Numbered from the stretch's first letter, positions 27,333 through 38,410 are shown. The stretch is 60,176 nucleotides of DNA from a virus (IMGVR_UViG_3300030451_001785:1-60176); one strand, 5' to 3'. Notes: generated by a model not told the origin, from the sequence alone. Translations and numbers: made by a program.

Positions 27333-29768
27333 TTATCTAGGTTCAAACTCTGCTAAATCAAAGCCATCTAAACTATCCTCGTTTGATTCAAAATTAATTG
27401 GAGGTAGATTATTCTTTCTTTGATTTATCATTTTAGATTGCTCACTATTAGCCTGACTAATTCTTTTTGATTTTGCTTCTTCTTTCATAGCTTCTCTACT
27501 GCCAAGTGCATCAGCATCAGCTTGTCTTAATTGCATATTCAATTCAAATTCTTGTTGCATCAATCTAGATTTTAAATCTGCTTCAGCTTTTAGTTTTTCA
27601 ATTTCAAATGCTATATCAGCTTGTCTATACTGCATCTTAGCCTGTGTTTCCATCTGCATCTTTTGTTGAGCAGCTTGTACTGCCATCTCTTGAGATTTTA
27701 ATTGTTGTTGAGCAACCATAGCTTGTTTTTGCATAGCCATCTTTTCTTCTCTTTCTTGCTTAGAAGTTCTTTTCAATTTTAATAATTGATTAGCAAGTTT
27801 TAGATTTTTTATTTCTCTTACATCAATTGCATCTTCTAAATTAATATCTCCTTTAGATAAAGCCATTTGTATATTAGCTTCTAACTGTTGTTTTTGTTCT
27901 TCATCAGGAGATAATTCAATGAATATTCCAAAGTCATATATGTATAAATCATTTATATCTCCTAAAATACTTACATTGTATTTACCAATTTGATTTATAA
28001 ATTCATCTTTGAAATCAGAATACTCTAATATATCTGCAACTCTATAAGTTATAGCTTCTGCTAAAGACTTATATATATAAAGTGCTCCATCTAATATGTG
28101 TCTTGTTGCAACATTAGAATTTAAAGCTGCAAGTTTTTGTAATCCAACTAATGAATTAGGGTCAGGTGTACTACCATCTCTAGCTTCATTTAGTCCGGTA
28201 ACAATTCGTATTTGGTTTAGATAGTGATTATAATTGCTAATCAACATCTGAGTTTTACTTGCACCTGAAGAAGATTGTAATTCTTTAATAGGAATCCTTG
28301 CCTGATTAAAGTCACCATCTTGCGTATAGCTTCTTCCAATAACAGAACCTGTTTGGAAGTATAAACGTAAAGCATCTTCAGGGTTATATGCATTACCTGT
28401 TCCTACATCAACTTCATTTAATCCATCAGCATCTATAAATACACCATCAGGAACAACTCGTGAAATAACTTGTTGTAATTTTAAATGAGTTATTTGACAT
28501 AAGTCTGCGAAAGGAATCATTCTTCTTACCAATGATTCAATAGCACCCTTATACATTCTTGGTGCAACTGCAAAGTAATTAGGTATAGCGTGTTGTGTAG
28601 CAGATTGTGGTCGCACCATATTTTCCATTAACTTCCATTGAAGCATAATGTTAGTTCCCATAACCATAACTCCTTCATACCATACATCAATTGTTTTCTG
28701 CACTTTCTCGAAGTTTCCTTCTTCTTGCATTTCAATTGGTGGATTGAATTGGTCATCCTTTTCAATCATACTTACATTACCATTCTCTTTTACTTTTCTT
28801 TTATAAGTTACTTTTTTTGTGGTTTTGTAATTAAAATACATAACCGTTGCAGTATCTTTATAAAAGATATCATTCTCATAAAACTGAGCAGTGTTGTAGT
28901 AATCATACCAACTTTGTGAATACTGAGATATTTCATCTAAGTCTTCATTAGTTAGGGTAGGGTCAATTTTCTTTAATTCAATTATTGGTAAGGTTTTTAT
29001 TTCACCCCAATAAAAACAATCTTTGAAATGAGGGTCTTCTGTATAGCTATAGATAATATTAGCAGGGTCAACATAAGAAATTTTTACACCACTGCCTTCT
29101 AAAAATTCGTGTTTAGCACAACCGATTCCAATACAAGTAATATCATAATCAATTTGCTTTCTAATATCGTTATACTTGTTCTGCTCGAACATAGTATTAA
29201 TTGCTTCCTCTTCTGCAATTTCTATTGCAGGTTTATAGTTTAGTTGCATATACAACTTCAACTCTTCATCAGATTCAGGAAGTTCATCAGGGTTTACAGT
29301 AAAAGGGTTTACTCCTGATTTTTTTTGTATAGTTTCAAGCATTGGTTTTGCAACCATTTGCCCTGCAATCATTTGTTGATACTTACTTCTTTTAGATTGT
29401 GACAAAGCATCCTGAGCATAAGCATTAGCTACAAACTCACGACCTTGCATTCCATTTACTACAATATCAACAAACTTGGGTAATATAGGTACAGGAGTCC
29501 AATCTAAATTTAGATAAGATAAATCTCCATCAATTGCTAATTCGTTTTTATATTTTCCTATTGGTTGCTCTCCTCTTGCATACAATCTTAACCTATGAAA
29601 GTCTCGAAACTGATTGTAGTATCTACAACTATTTCCATCTTTTTTGAACCACTCATATTGTATTGCTTGACCAATTTGCAACCCAAATTCGTCAGTGGCT
29701 TTTACACTATCTGATACAAATTGACTAGGAAATCCTGTAGATGATATGTTAATTTCTATTTTTTTCAT
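27333..29768 (-). CDS. Portal protein
   Basis: 811 aa directly after the terminase; Gln-rich coiled-coil C-terminus as in P22-like barrel portals. Confidence 0.8.
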   Translation of the reverse strand: MKKIEINISSTGFPSQFVSDSVKATDEFGLQIGQAIQYEWFKKDGNSCRYYNQFRDFHRLRLYARGEQPIGKYKNELAIDGDLSYLNLDWTPVPILPKFVDIVVNGMQGREFVANAYAQDALSQSKRSKYQQMIAGQMVAKPMLETIQKKSGVNPFTVNPDELPESDEELKLYMQLNYKPAIEIAEEEAINTMFEQNKYNDIRKQIDYDITCIGIGCAKHEFLEGSGVKISYVDPANIIYSYTEDPHFKDCFYWGEIKTLPIIELKKIDPTLTNEDLDEISQYSQSWYDYYNTAQFYENDIFYKDTATVMYFNYKTTKKVTYKRKVKENGNVSMIEKDDQFNPPIEMQEEGNFEKVQKTIDVWYEGVMVMGTNIMLQWKLMENMVRPQSATQHAIPNYFAVAPRMYKGAIESLVRRMIPFADLCQITHLKLQQVISRVVPDGVFIDADGLNEVDVGTGNAYNPEDALRLYFQTGSVIGRSYTQDGDFNQARIPIKELQSSSGASKTQMLISNYNHYLNQIRIVTGLNEARDGSTPDPNSLVGLQKLAALNSNVATRHILDGALYIYKSLAEAITYRVADILEYSDFKDEFINQIGKYNVSILGDINDLYIYDFGIFIELSPDEEQKQQLEANIQMALSKGDINLEDAIDVREIKNLKLANQLLKLKRTSKQEREEKMAMQKQAMVAQQQLKSQEMAVQAAQQKMQMETQAKMQYRQADIAFEIEKLKAEADLKSRLMQQEFELNMQLRQADADALGSREAMKEEAKSKRISQANSEQSKMINQRKNNLPPINFESNEDSLDGFDLAEFEPR

Positions 29769-31993
29769 CTAATAATTTCGCTATATTTACCCTTATTACT
29801 ATACCTTGCAAAGTTAATCTTTATTTTTGAAACTTTTTTATCAGGTAAATATAAGTGTTTTTGGGTAGCCATAATTGCTAACCCTGAACTTATAGAGGCA
29901 TCATACTTGGTTCTATTGTTTATTTCAAACCTTGCCCAATCTTCTAAAGTTCTTGTAAAAACCATATCTCCCATCTCTAAATCTTCTGTCATACCCACCT
30001 GTGATTCAATATAAGATTCTATTGCAGATGCGTGTGCTTGTTTAACTGCTTCACTAGAGTTGGGAATACCTCCTAACTCTCTTTCAGTTTTAGATAATTT
30101 AGTATAAACCTTATCAGGTCTATTCATACAAAAGTGTCTATATCCTCTGTTTTTAAAATGATATAGTAATCTAGGTTTATTGTTCTCAATTAGAATAGGC
30201 ATACCATAAAACACACAAGCCATTAATACATCTTCAAAAAATATTTCTGCAGTTTGTGGTCTTGCTATGTATTCTAAAAAAAATTGGTTACTTGGTGCTT
30301 CATCCATAGTAAACATTGTTTTACCGTGTAATGCACCGTTAGAACCTCCACCTCCTACGACACCTGAAATATCATAACTATCACAACCAAACGCACCTAT
30401 GTGTTCGTTGCCCGGATATTTCATCCCTCTTTTTTCTACTACATTATTTTGTAGATTTTTATTTGGAGTCCAAGAAACTAAAAATCTTCCTCTATTATTA
30501 GGACTAAAAATTACCTTAGTATCCTTAACTCCGTTTAACCAACTTAAAGAACCTCGTGTAACGTGGTGCTCTATAATCAACGAATCATTGTAATCTATCT
30601 GTTGATATATTTTAGTTAGGTTAAATAAAGACTGTTTACTTTCATCTCTGAATGCGTGTGATTCACTTCTAGGAAACTGTCTATAATATTCGTTTAATGC
30701 ATCAGGGTCATTCTTTAATGATTCTACTTCATTTTCCCAATAAGCTACAGAACCCTGATAAATCATTTCACCATCAATACCTTCAACCTCTTTGTGTGGA
30801 GTTCTTAAAACAGGCATTCCGTATTTATCTATGAAGCCTTCCATATTCCATTCCATAGGAATAAATAAACTATACAACCCACTTTTGGTTTGACCGTTTG
30901 CATTTCTTTTCTCTACATCAGAATCGTAGTATAATTTTTTAAAATTATCTCCACCCTTATCTAGTGCGTTAGATGTAGAACCCATCATACACTTGCCAAT
31001 AATTTTACTACCTAATCTTAAACAGGTTTTTGTTACTCTCCAATTGTTTAAAATATTATTAGGCTTAATCCATTTACCACTTTCATCGTGAACTAAAAGC
31101 AAAAGCTTTTCTCCATCATAAGAGTTATCATCAGTATTCTTCCAATCTATTGTTGTATCTAATCCAAATAATTCATCATCATTTGTTTCATACATATTCT
31201 TTTTTGTAATCTTAGATGCAGGAATCCTAAATGCTAATTCAGTTTTAGGTTTATCCATACCATCCATAATAGGTTTGAAAAAGAATGGTAATCTACTATT
31301 TATAGGAACTACCTTATCTGTAAACATTTTCTTAGCATCAGAACCTGTTTTAGATAAAATACCTACTCTAGAATCTTTAACTAAAGTTCCTGTGTTTACA
31401 CATTCAGATGAACTCATAAATGAAAAACCTGAACGTCTAATTTTTAAGTAGCACATTCCAAAACTTCTTGGGTCTGCTTTACAAGCTTCCCAAAAAATAA
31501 ATAGTAATCTATTAGCTTCTCTAAAATCAGGATAACCCACATCAATAGAAGTCCATTGTAAGTACATATAATGTGCTCCTGTTATATAGGTTGGTATACC
31601 GTTTGACATAAACCAAAGTCCTTGTTCTCTTCTGTCAAACTCTTCTTCTATATAGTCAACCCATCTATCTTTAAATTCAGAAGCCATTTCATTCCATTGA
31701 AAGATGGATTGAATTTTGGAAAGAGGTTTTGGAATCTCTACTCTTTCCCAATATTGTTCTTCTTTTTTTGAGTGTCTTTGAAGACACTTTTTAGGTTGTG
31801 CAGGTAAAGCAATCTTCAAACCTTGTATCAATACAATATCACCTATCTCTCCTGTTTTAGAGATAATAATAACATCATACTTAGAATCATACCCATATTT
31901 CCACGTTTTAGCCTTGTTCTTGGACTTTAAAACATTTTTAGGTATCAACCCCTCAATTACTTTATATATGCTATTTAGACCTTCTTTCTGCAA
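29765..31993 (-). CDS. terL: Terminase large subunit
   Basis: LKIRRSGFS Walker A variant, LLVHDESGK Walker B, GSTSN motif III, nuclease GCDSYD and YDASISSG. Confidence 0.9.
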   Translation of the reverse strand: MQKEGLNSIYKVIEGLIPKNVLKSKNKAKTWKYGYDSKYDVIIISKTGEIGDIVLIQGLKIALPAQPKKCLQRHSKKEEQYWERVEIPKPLSKIQSIFQWNEMASEFKDRWVDYIEEEFDRREQGLWFMSNGIPTYITGAHYMYLQWTSIDVGYPDFREANRLLFIFWEACKADPRSFGMCYLKIRRSGFSFMSSSECVNTGTLVKDSRVGILSKTGSDAKKMFTDKVVPINSRLPFFFKPIMDGMDKPKTELAFRIPASKITKKNMYETNDDELFGLDTTIDWKNTDDNSYDGEKLLLLVHDESGKWIKPNNILNNWRVTKTCLRLGSKIIGKCMMGSTSNALDKGGDNFKKLYYDSDVEKRNANGQTKSGLYSLFIPMEWNMEGFIDKYGMPVLRTPHKEVEGIDGEMIYQGSVAYWENEVESLKNDPDALNEYYRQFPRSESHAFRDESKQSLFNLTKIYQQIDYNDSLIIEHHVTRGSLSWLNGVKDTKVIFSPNNRGRFLVSWTPNKNLQNNVVEKRGMKYPGNEHIGAFGCDSYDISGVVGGGGSNGALHGKTMFTMDEAPSNQFFLEYIARPQTAEIFFEDVLMACVFYGMPILIENNKPRLLYHFKNRGYRHFCMNRPDKVYTKLSKTERELGGIPNSSEAVKQAHASAIESYIESQVGMTEDLEMGDMVFTRTLEDWARFEINNRTKYDASISSGLAIMATQKHLYLPDKKVSKIKINFARYSNKGKYSEIIR
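31772..31787. repeat. 16-bp palindrome copy inside terminase gene
   Basis: GTGTCTTTGAAGACAC on +, encodes CLQRH. Confidence 0.95.
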
Positions 31994-32252
31994 ATCCTTG
32001 TTTAGTATCTGTTTTACTCTTTCCTTTTTCTAATGATTCTATAGCTTCTTTTTCTGCTTCAATACGATTAAGTATTTCAAATGCATCAAAGATTGCTAAC
32101 TTCTTTGTTGCTGCTGCATTCTTTAATCTGTCTGCTGACAAATCATCTTCAGGGTCAGGTTTAATAATCGCTTCCTTCGCAACCTTTATCAATTGCTCCA
32201 CTGCCCTGTGACCTGCCTCTATTATTTTTAATTTTGTTTCTTTTGATTTCAT
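31971..32252 (-). CDS. Candidate terminase small subunit
   Basis: Helical 93-aa protein (start MKSKETK preferred over 32324) overlapping the terL start; inferred from position only. Confidence 0.5.
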   Translation of the reverse strand: MKSKETKLKIIEAGHRAVEQLIKVAKEAIIKPDPEDDLSADRLKNAAATKKLAIFDAFEILNRIEAEKEAIESLEKGKSKTDTKQGFAERRSK

Positions 32253-32351
32253 TTTTAAATCTTTTCTTTTTTCTAATAACAGTGTGGAATGGAATGGGAG
32301 TACCATCGTGTTCATTCCACTCATCTTCCCAATAAATGTGAGTGTTCATTA

Positions 32352-32819
32352 TTACACTTTTTTTAAAAAACAAACTTGAATTAATCTAGCCTTATCGTCT
32401 TGTCCAAAGTTTTCATAAATATTTCTTGAGTGAAATAAATTTGATGGAAAAACAATTAGTCTATTATATGCTGACCTTAATATACACATTTTATTTCTAC
32501 CCATATACAGGGTAGTTCCATCTTCTTTAGGATGTTCTTTATTTAAATATAGTATAGCAGTTAAATCTCCCATCATTTCATCCGTATGAATAAAATTAGG
32601 TTCTTCTTGATTTTCAGGAGATTTTCTTACAAAATTTAAATCTGCTTTATACATTGGATACTTCTGATGCAAAAACATAACTAATTGGTCTACTCCTCTA
32701 GCTTTTACATTTTTAAATAAATCGTGTCCTAATTGTACATCCTCAAATCCCTCTGCTAATATATCTTCTACATACTCATCTACACCACTAATAACATCTT
32801 CGTATATACCTATATTCAT
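32352..32819 (-). CDS. 2OG-Fe(II) oxygenase superfamily protein
   Basis: HTD (HxD), TAILYLN, GTTLY, NRLIVF..NLFHSR and a distal RLIQV Arg. Confidence 0.8.
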   Translation of the reverse strand: MNIGIYEDVISGVDEYVEDILAEGFEDVQLGHDLFKNVKARGVDQLVMFLHQKYPMYKADLNFVRKSPENQEEPNFIHTDEMMGDLTAILYLNKEHPKEDGTTLYMGRNKMCILRSAYNRLIVFPSNLFHSRNIYENFGQDDKARLIQVCFLKKV

Positions 32820-33379
32820 AACTGCATTGTTATTTGGTGGTCATACATTCTATAAAGTTTTTCTTCATCAATATTAAATTCATATTCACTATCCGGCTGA
32901 AAAGAAACTCTATCACCTTCTTTTAATCCTTGGTCTTTTAAATATTGATTTGGATATTTTATTTCACCAACTAAAGGTTCTTCAGAAAATGGTTTGTATA
33001 TATAACTTTCTTCAACGGCAACAGGTTTTATAAAACAATACCTATCTACTGCATTCCATTTTCCATTTTGTTTGTAAGCAAAGTATTGGTCAGGTTCTAT
33101 AAAAAACAAATCATCTTTAAAAAAACTTTTACCACTTCTTTCTTTGCCTTGGATATCATTATAGAATTTAAAAACATTATGGTGTACTAATAAAATATCT
33201 CCCACCTGTATTGGACCTTTATATCCTAGGGGGAGTTCTATAACCTCAGCTTGTCTATTAGAAAAGTTATGGTCTTCTTTTGAAGTGCTAATAACAAAAT
33301 CAACACCTCCTATATTTTTTGTGTTATTGTATCTTTTACCTTTTATAGGTTTTACGATGAAGGAATATGGTGATTGCAT
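32816..33379 (-). CDS. Tandem GroES-like domain protein
   Basis: Two repeats of a FIVKP/FIKP...EV...(I/L)xxGDx(I/V) pattern resembling Cpn10. Confidence 0.5.
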   Translation of the reverse strand: MQSPYSFIVKPIKGKRYNNTKNIGGVDFVISTSKEDHNFSNRQAEVIELPLGYKGPIQVGDILLVHHNVFKFYNDIQGKERSGKSFFKDDLFFIEPDQYFAYKQNGKWNAVDRYCFIKPVAVEESYIYKPFSEEPLVGEIKYPNQYLKDQGLKEGDRVSFQPDSEYEFNIDEEKLYRMYDHQITMQL

Positions 33380-33393
33380 TTAGTTTCATTAGA

Positions 33394-33618
33394 TTAAAAA
33401 TTTATATTATATTCAATTGATATAGGCATAGTATCGGTAAACTCTTTCCACATTCTAATGCCCTCTTCATTTTCTATATAAATAACTATGGATTCTCTTT
33501 CGTAATCTTGCTTTATCAAATGAATTGTATAGTTGCCACCTAATACAGGTTGACCCACTAAATAGTGCATAGCACCTGATTTATAATCCGGTCCTATAGA
33601 AATTTTTCTGATATCCAT
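33394..33618 (-). CDS. Hypothetical protein
   Basis: 74-aa ORF coupled to the upstream stop. Confidence 0.65.
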   Translation of the reverse strand: MDIRKISIGPDYKSGAMHYLVGQPVLGGNYTIHLIKQDYERESIVIYIENEEGIRMWKEFTDTMPISIEYNINF

Positions 33619-35369
33619 TATGTTAATCTATATATACTAAGTGCTGCAGATGGAACATTATCTATTGCACCAATTGGTGATACATAAGAACCTAATCTAG
33701 TTTGTGCACTCGTAGCAACACAAGTAAGTGTCAATACAGTAGTGTCAGATGCAATAACAAGAGGTATGCCTAAGTTCCATCCATTAGGACTTAGAACTCC
33801 TGTTACTTGTACAGTTTCTGTTTCTCTAAACTGACTACCTCCAATAAGAGGTGCAATTAAAACAACTCCATTACTAACTGCATCTACGTTTTCAAAATTC
33901 AAACTGAAGTTTACAAAGTAGCTTCCTGCAGTATTAAAAGTTATTGTTCCACTTTTATCTACATCAACTCCAGAGTAAGAGTTTGTACTACCAAAAGTAA
34001 TTTGCTTCGCTGCTGCAGTACCTATAGTCTGAAAATTATTTTCTTTTTGTTGATTTTCAGTTATCTTAATCCAAGCTGCTCCTGTTGCTGAAGTGTATTG
34101 AGGAATATTTAAAACCTGTGAAGTAGCATTAAAAGTAGCTGCTCCTGATGTACCGTTTGTAGTTAATGTCATTTCAGGAACAAATGCTAATCCATAATTA
34201 GTTCCTGATATAGTTGATATTTTTAATCTGTCATTAAATCCATTAGGAACATTTGCAGGTAAGATTAAATTCATTGCCTCACCTGTAGAAGGTGCTAGAA
34301 TACCTATTGTTTCAGGAGCAGATTTCCCTGTACCTGTTTCAAGTGTTATCTTTCCACCTACTGTGCTACCGTTTCCTTCTATATGTAAAGTTCCATTTTG
34401 ATTTGCCGGTGCATCTGATTTACCTATTGTTACTAAACAACTTGATGAATCAAATTGGAATAAATTACTTCCACCAAAAGAACCATTGTCATTAAACTGA
34501 ACTGCACGATTAACACCTGCCGGTGATGTGCTACCACCTGCATTAGTAGGAATGTTTAAGTTACCTGCTGCATCTAAACTTGCTGCACCTGAACCTGTTG
34601 TAGTTAAAGTAAGTGCAGTTTGTTTGTCGTTAAAGGTATTCCAATCTGCTGAATCTAAGAATCCATCAGTAGTGGTATTAGCTTGTGAAATACTTATATC
34701 CGGAGTAGTTCCTCCTGAAGAAGATATAGGTGCACTTCCTGTAACAGAAGTTACTCCACCACCACCACCTGAACCATTAGAAATGGCAGTTATAATACCT
34801 TGTTGATTTACAGTTATATTACTATTAGTAAATGAACCTGCAGTAAATCCTCCTTGTGGGGATATAGATAAATCTACTGATGCCGGAGGACCTACTTGAG
34901 ATTTAATAGTAAGACTACTATCTGCACATTGCACCTCAAGTGTTTCGTTAGTATTATCAATTTGAAGTGTATCGCCTGTAACAGTTCCACCTGCCGGTTT
35001 CCATATCCATTTATTAAAGGTAGAACTAGCGTTTTGTGTTAAAGTAATTGTACTTCCTGCTGCTGCTACTGTAAGTCCACCTGCACCTACAATATTTAAT
35101 GCACCAATAAGTCCATTTAAAGAATCAACTCCTGTTCCTGTAGTAGAACTTGTAATAGTTATAGTATTTCCACTAGCAGAAATCTGAGTTCCACCTGAGC
35201 CAACAATATTTAATGCTCCGGTTAATGTATTTAAACTACTAACCCCTAACCCACATATATCTGAAATCTTATAATTCAGAGTTATGTTTTCATCATCAAC
35301 ATTAGTTCCAATTACTTTATCATTTAAAGTTGGTGTTGAGTCAATCGGGTAAGTAGCTATTTTTGCCAT
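33618..35369 (-). CDS. Fibre protein
   Basis: 583 aa, Gly/Ser/Thr-rich; repeated VxSLNxLxGALNIVG, VTSVTGSAPISSSGGTTPDISI and VQFNDNGSFGG fibre motifs. Confidence 0.8.
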   Translation of the reverse strand: MAKIATYPIDSTPTLNDKVIGTNVDDENITLNYKISDICGLGVSSLNTLTGALNIVGSGGTQISASGNTITITSSTTGTGVDSLNGLIGALNIVGAGGLTVAAAGSTITLTQNASSTFNKWIWKPAGGTVTGDTLQIDNTNETLEVQCADSSLTIKSQVGPPASVDLSISPQGGFTAGSFTNSNITVNQQGIITAISNGSGGGGGVTSVTGSAPISSSGGTTPDISISQANTTTDGFLDSADWNTFNDKQTALTLTTTGSGAASLDAAGNLNIPTNAGGSTSPAGVNRAVQFNDNGSFGGSNLFQFDSSSCLVTIGKSDAPANQNGTLHIEGNGSTVGGKITLETGTGKSAPETIGILAPSTGEAMNLILPANVPNGFNDRLKISTISGTNYGLAFVPEMTLTTNGTSGAATFNATSQVLNIPQYTSATGAAWIKITENQQKENNFQTIGTAAAKQITFGSTNSYSGVDVDKSGTITFNTAGSYFVNFSLNFENVDAVSNGVVLIAPLIGGSQFRETETVQVTGVLSPNGWNLGIPLVIASDTTVLTLTCVATSAQTRLGSYVSPIGAIDNVPSAALSIYRLT

Positions 35370-35620
35370 TATTCTTCTTTTATTTTTTCTTTTTCAGTTA
35401 TTACTCCTGTCTGCACATCAATTCGATTATCCTTACCATACTTTTTAGTAAGTTCTCCTTCGACCTTGGAGTAGTCTTTTTTTAGTTCGCTTATCTGAGT
35501 TAGAACAAGTTGTTTGCTTAGTTCTGCATCAGCAAGTTTAATTTTCATTTGATTGAAGGCATTCAACATAGATTGAATTTTCTTCAATTCGTTTTCGGTT
35601 ACTTTTTTTTCTTTCGCCAT
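35369..35620 (-). CDS. Coiled-coil protein, possible fibre chaperone
   Basis: 83 aa heptad-rich, ends LTKKYG...IDVQTG; TATCTTTG at 35652..35659. Confidence 0.55.
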   Translation of the reverse strand: MAKEKKVTENELKKIQSMLNAFNQMKIKLADAELSKQLVLTQISELKKDYSKVEGELTKKYGKDNRIDVQTGVITEKEKIKEE

Positions 35621-35678
35621 TTTATATAAATTTAAGTTAGATTAATAAGTACAAAGATAGTAAAATATATTTTCACTA

Positions 35679-36317
35679 TTAGAAAGTGCTTTCATCATAA
35701 AGCCTGTATTTTATTTTGACTTTCATACTCTGAAAGCCGTTAGGTACTGCACCACTATTTATTTTATGAATTGTAGTTGCTTTATTTGGAAGATAGTTTC
35801 TTTCAGTTACAGGTACATCTCGTGATTGTATACCTCCACCTGCTCTTAATATTCTATTGAATTGTCCTGTAGTAAAAACAGAAGTAGTAGCAGAACTGCT
35901 TGTAGCATTTGCTTGTCTTATTTCAAAACCCACATTACCTGTTGTGCCTGATTCGCTTTCTGTAATAATTAAGTAAGCAACATCTAATATTACTACATAT
36001 TTATTTGCACCGGGTGCAGAAATAATTGTCAATCCACTACCACCAAAACCTGTGTTTATTTGTGCAGCAGTAAAAGATATAGTTGCTTCTTGGTCTCCTC
36101 TTACAATTTTACCATCAGATGTAACTGCTAGTTCTGTTAAAGAATCTGAGCCACTACCTGAAGCTTGATAATTTTGATTAGGAGATACTGAACTGTTAGC
36201 AGCAGTATTTGTAGAGGTAAAACTAACAAATTTAGGCTGAGAGGAAATCTCTGTATTACCATCTGCGTGTAAATCCCCTGCTATACTAAGTCCATCTAGT
36301 ACGTCAGTTTGAGGCAT
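35679..36317 (-). CDS. Putative fibre tip/structural protein
   Basis: 212 aa, Ser/Thr-rich, in the fibre cluster. Confidence 0.55.
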   Translation of the reverse strand: MPQTDVLDGLSIAGDLHADGNTEISSQPKFVSFTSTNTAANSSVSPNQNYQASGSGSDSLTELAVTSDGKIVRGDQEATISFTAAQINTGFGGSGLTIISAPGANKYVVILDVAYLIITESESGTTGNVGFEIRQANATSSSATTSVFTTGQFNRILRAGGGIQSRDVPVTERNYLPNKATTIHKINSGAVPNGFQSMKVKIKYRLYDESTF

Positions 36318-36318
36318 A

Positions 36319-38394
36319 TTAAATTATTTTTTTAATCATATAAACAAATGCATTAGCTGCAGGTGTTTTTGCCGTTTTAAATGTAACAATATCTGCTGAT
36401 GTTCTTTCTACTTTAAGGTTAACAGTATCATAAGGTGAAGAGTTTCTATAAACTTCTACCATAACATTTCTTGTATTAAGGTTATGTGTTACTGCCATAC
36501 TTGTTGAACCTCCGATAGTACCGGTTACTTCGTTTGCACCTACACAAGAATCAACCTCATCACAGAAGCTTGTAACCTGTGATGCAGCAATTTGAATACT
36601 GTTTTCTTTTACTGTTGTTACCCTACCTTTAGCATCAGTAGTTATTTCTAGTGATTTAGATGCACCACCTTTTGTTGCTGCACTACCTACTGCAGGTAAG
36701 CTTACTTCACCTGAAGAAACAGATAATCCACCTGCAGTTGGGAAACTAGCAATACCTTTTACGGTTGCAGTAGCAACATCAATGTTCTTGTTAACCTCTG
36801 TCCAATCTGCTGCACTTGTAGGTGTATCTGAGTTTGCAATAATTAAATCACCAACCTCTAGTTGTGGATTCCAGAATCCTGCAGGACTTCCTGTACCTGC
36901 CGTGGTTACTGCATAAGTAAATCCTTTCTTAACACCTGTAGAAGGTGCTGCAGTTGATGCATCATATCCACCTTGATAGATTAATGCTCCTGAACCTGCT
37001 ACATTAGAATCTACATAATTTTTAGTTGCTGCATCTGTACTTGCAGTTGGTGCTCCTAGTCCTGTAATCTTTTGACCACCATAAGCAACTGAACCATCGG
37101 GAGTACCCCAACGATTAAGTTTTAAATATTGTAATGCAATTTTTGCATTTCCACTATCTATACATCCTACTAAATAATCAGTTCTTGCTGCTGATTCTAT
37201 ATCATCTAGTTCACATAAATCAAGATTAATAGTTACCGTGTCAGTAGCACCTACAACTGTATCAATACCTTTGCTTCCTGAAATATCTAATGTGTTTCCA
37301 TCTTGAATAGTTTGATTAGTTCCTGAGTCAGCAGTAAGAGTAAAGCTACTCATTGTACCCGGTGCACTACCTGCAGTAACTGAAATAACGTGACCTTGGG
37401 CATTCGTTTGAATAGATGCAGGGTATGCGTAAGTTCCTGCAGTACCAAAGTTATCGTGGTTAATAGTAACAGTGTCAGTAGCACTAGCGACACCTGTTAA
37501 TGCAGTACCACCACTAATAGTAACTTCATCTCCATCACTAATAGTTTGCTTTGAACCACTATCTGATTTAAGAATCCAACTTGACATTGAACCCGGTGAA
37601 CCACTACTTGCAGAGGTAATTCTACCTTGGTCATCAACTGTAATAGTTGCGTGGTTATAAGTACCTGCAGTAACTGACGTATCTGCTAAGTCTATAGTTA
37701 AAAGATTAGGAGTACCTGAAGCTACTGTGGTATCTATTCCTGTACCTCCTTTAAATTCTACTTCTAATCCATCAGTGATTGATACTTTAGTACCACTATC
37801 AGCATCTAGTACCCAATCAGAATATGCTCCTGCAGGAGTTGCCCAAACATTATCACCTCTAAGGAAGGTTGTAGCACTTGGTGTTCCTGTTGCAGAAAGG
37901 TCTGATGAAATAGAAGGAGTAGTTCCTCCTGATGAGGTAGTATCTATAAATGTTCCATTAGATGCACCAACACTTGTTACAGTTCCTGTATTGTTGGTAA
38001 ATGGTAAATCTTCAACTAATCCTTTCTTTACATTACCATCAGTAGCATCGTTATAGATAATACTGTCTTTTCCATTAATTGCAGTTCCTTCTAAATCGGT
38101 AGCTTTTTCTACTACGTTGTTAGTTCCTGTATAATCTACTGCAACTGTAATTGCACTTGTGCCGGATATTGCTATACCGTCACCTGCACTAATAGAATCA
38201 ATATTACCTGAGCCATCTAATTCAACCCATTGGTTATTTACATCATCATAATATTTTATTGTACCTGCTTGGTCATCATAAACGATTTGTCCACCACCTA
38301 AATTAGAACCGGGTGTACCTGAGGAATTTTGTAATAGAACATTGGTTATCTCTAATCCATTTAAGTCTATCGCATCTAAAAAACTTATTGCCAT
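36319..38394 (-). CDS. Fibre protein
   Basis: 691 aa; three L.(A/S)DSG...I.DG repeats, DAATKNYVD motif, C-terminal THNL domain. Confidence 0.8.
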   Translation of the reverse strand: MAISFLDAIDLNGLEITNVLLQNSSGTPGSNLGGGQIVYDDQAGTIKYYDDVNNQWVELDGSGNIDSISAGDGIAISGTSAITVAVDYTGTNNVVEKATDLEGTAINGKDSIIYNDATDGNVKKGLVEDLPFTNNTGTVTSVGASNGTFIDTTSSGGTTPSISSDLSATGTPSATTFLRGDNVWATPAGAYSDWVLDADSGTKVSITDGLEVEFKGGTGIDTTVASGTPNLLTIDLADTSVTAGTYNHATITVDDQGRITSASSGSPGSMSSWILKSDSGSKQTISDGDEVTISGGTALTGVASATDTVTINHDNFGTAGTYAYPASIQTNAQGHVISVTAGSAPGTMSSFTLTADSGTNQTIQDGNTLDISGSKGIDTVVGATDTVTINLDLCELDDIESAARTDYLVGCIDSGNAKIALQYLKLNRWGTPDGSVAYGGQKITGLGAPTASTDAATKNYVDSNVAGSGALIYQGGYDASTAAPSTGVKKGFTYAVTTAGTGSPAGFWNPQLEVGDLIIANSDTPTSAADWTEVNKNIDVATATVKGIASFPTAGGLSVSSGEVSLPAVGSAATKGGASKSLEITTDAKGRVTTVKENSIQIAASQVTSFCDEVDSCVGANEVTGTIGGSTSMAVTHNLNTRNVMVEVYRNSSPYDTVNLKVERTSADIVTFKTAKTPAANAFVYMIKKII

Positions 38395-38410
38395 AATTTT
38401 ATTTTTTTAT

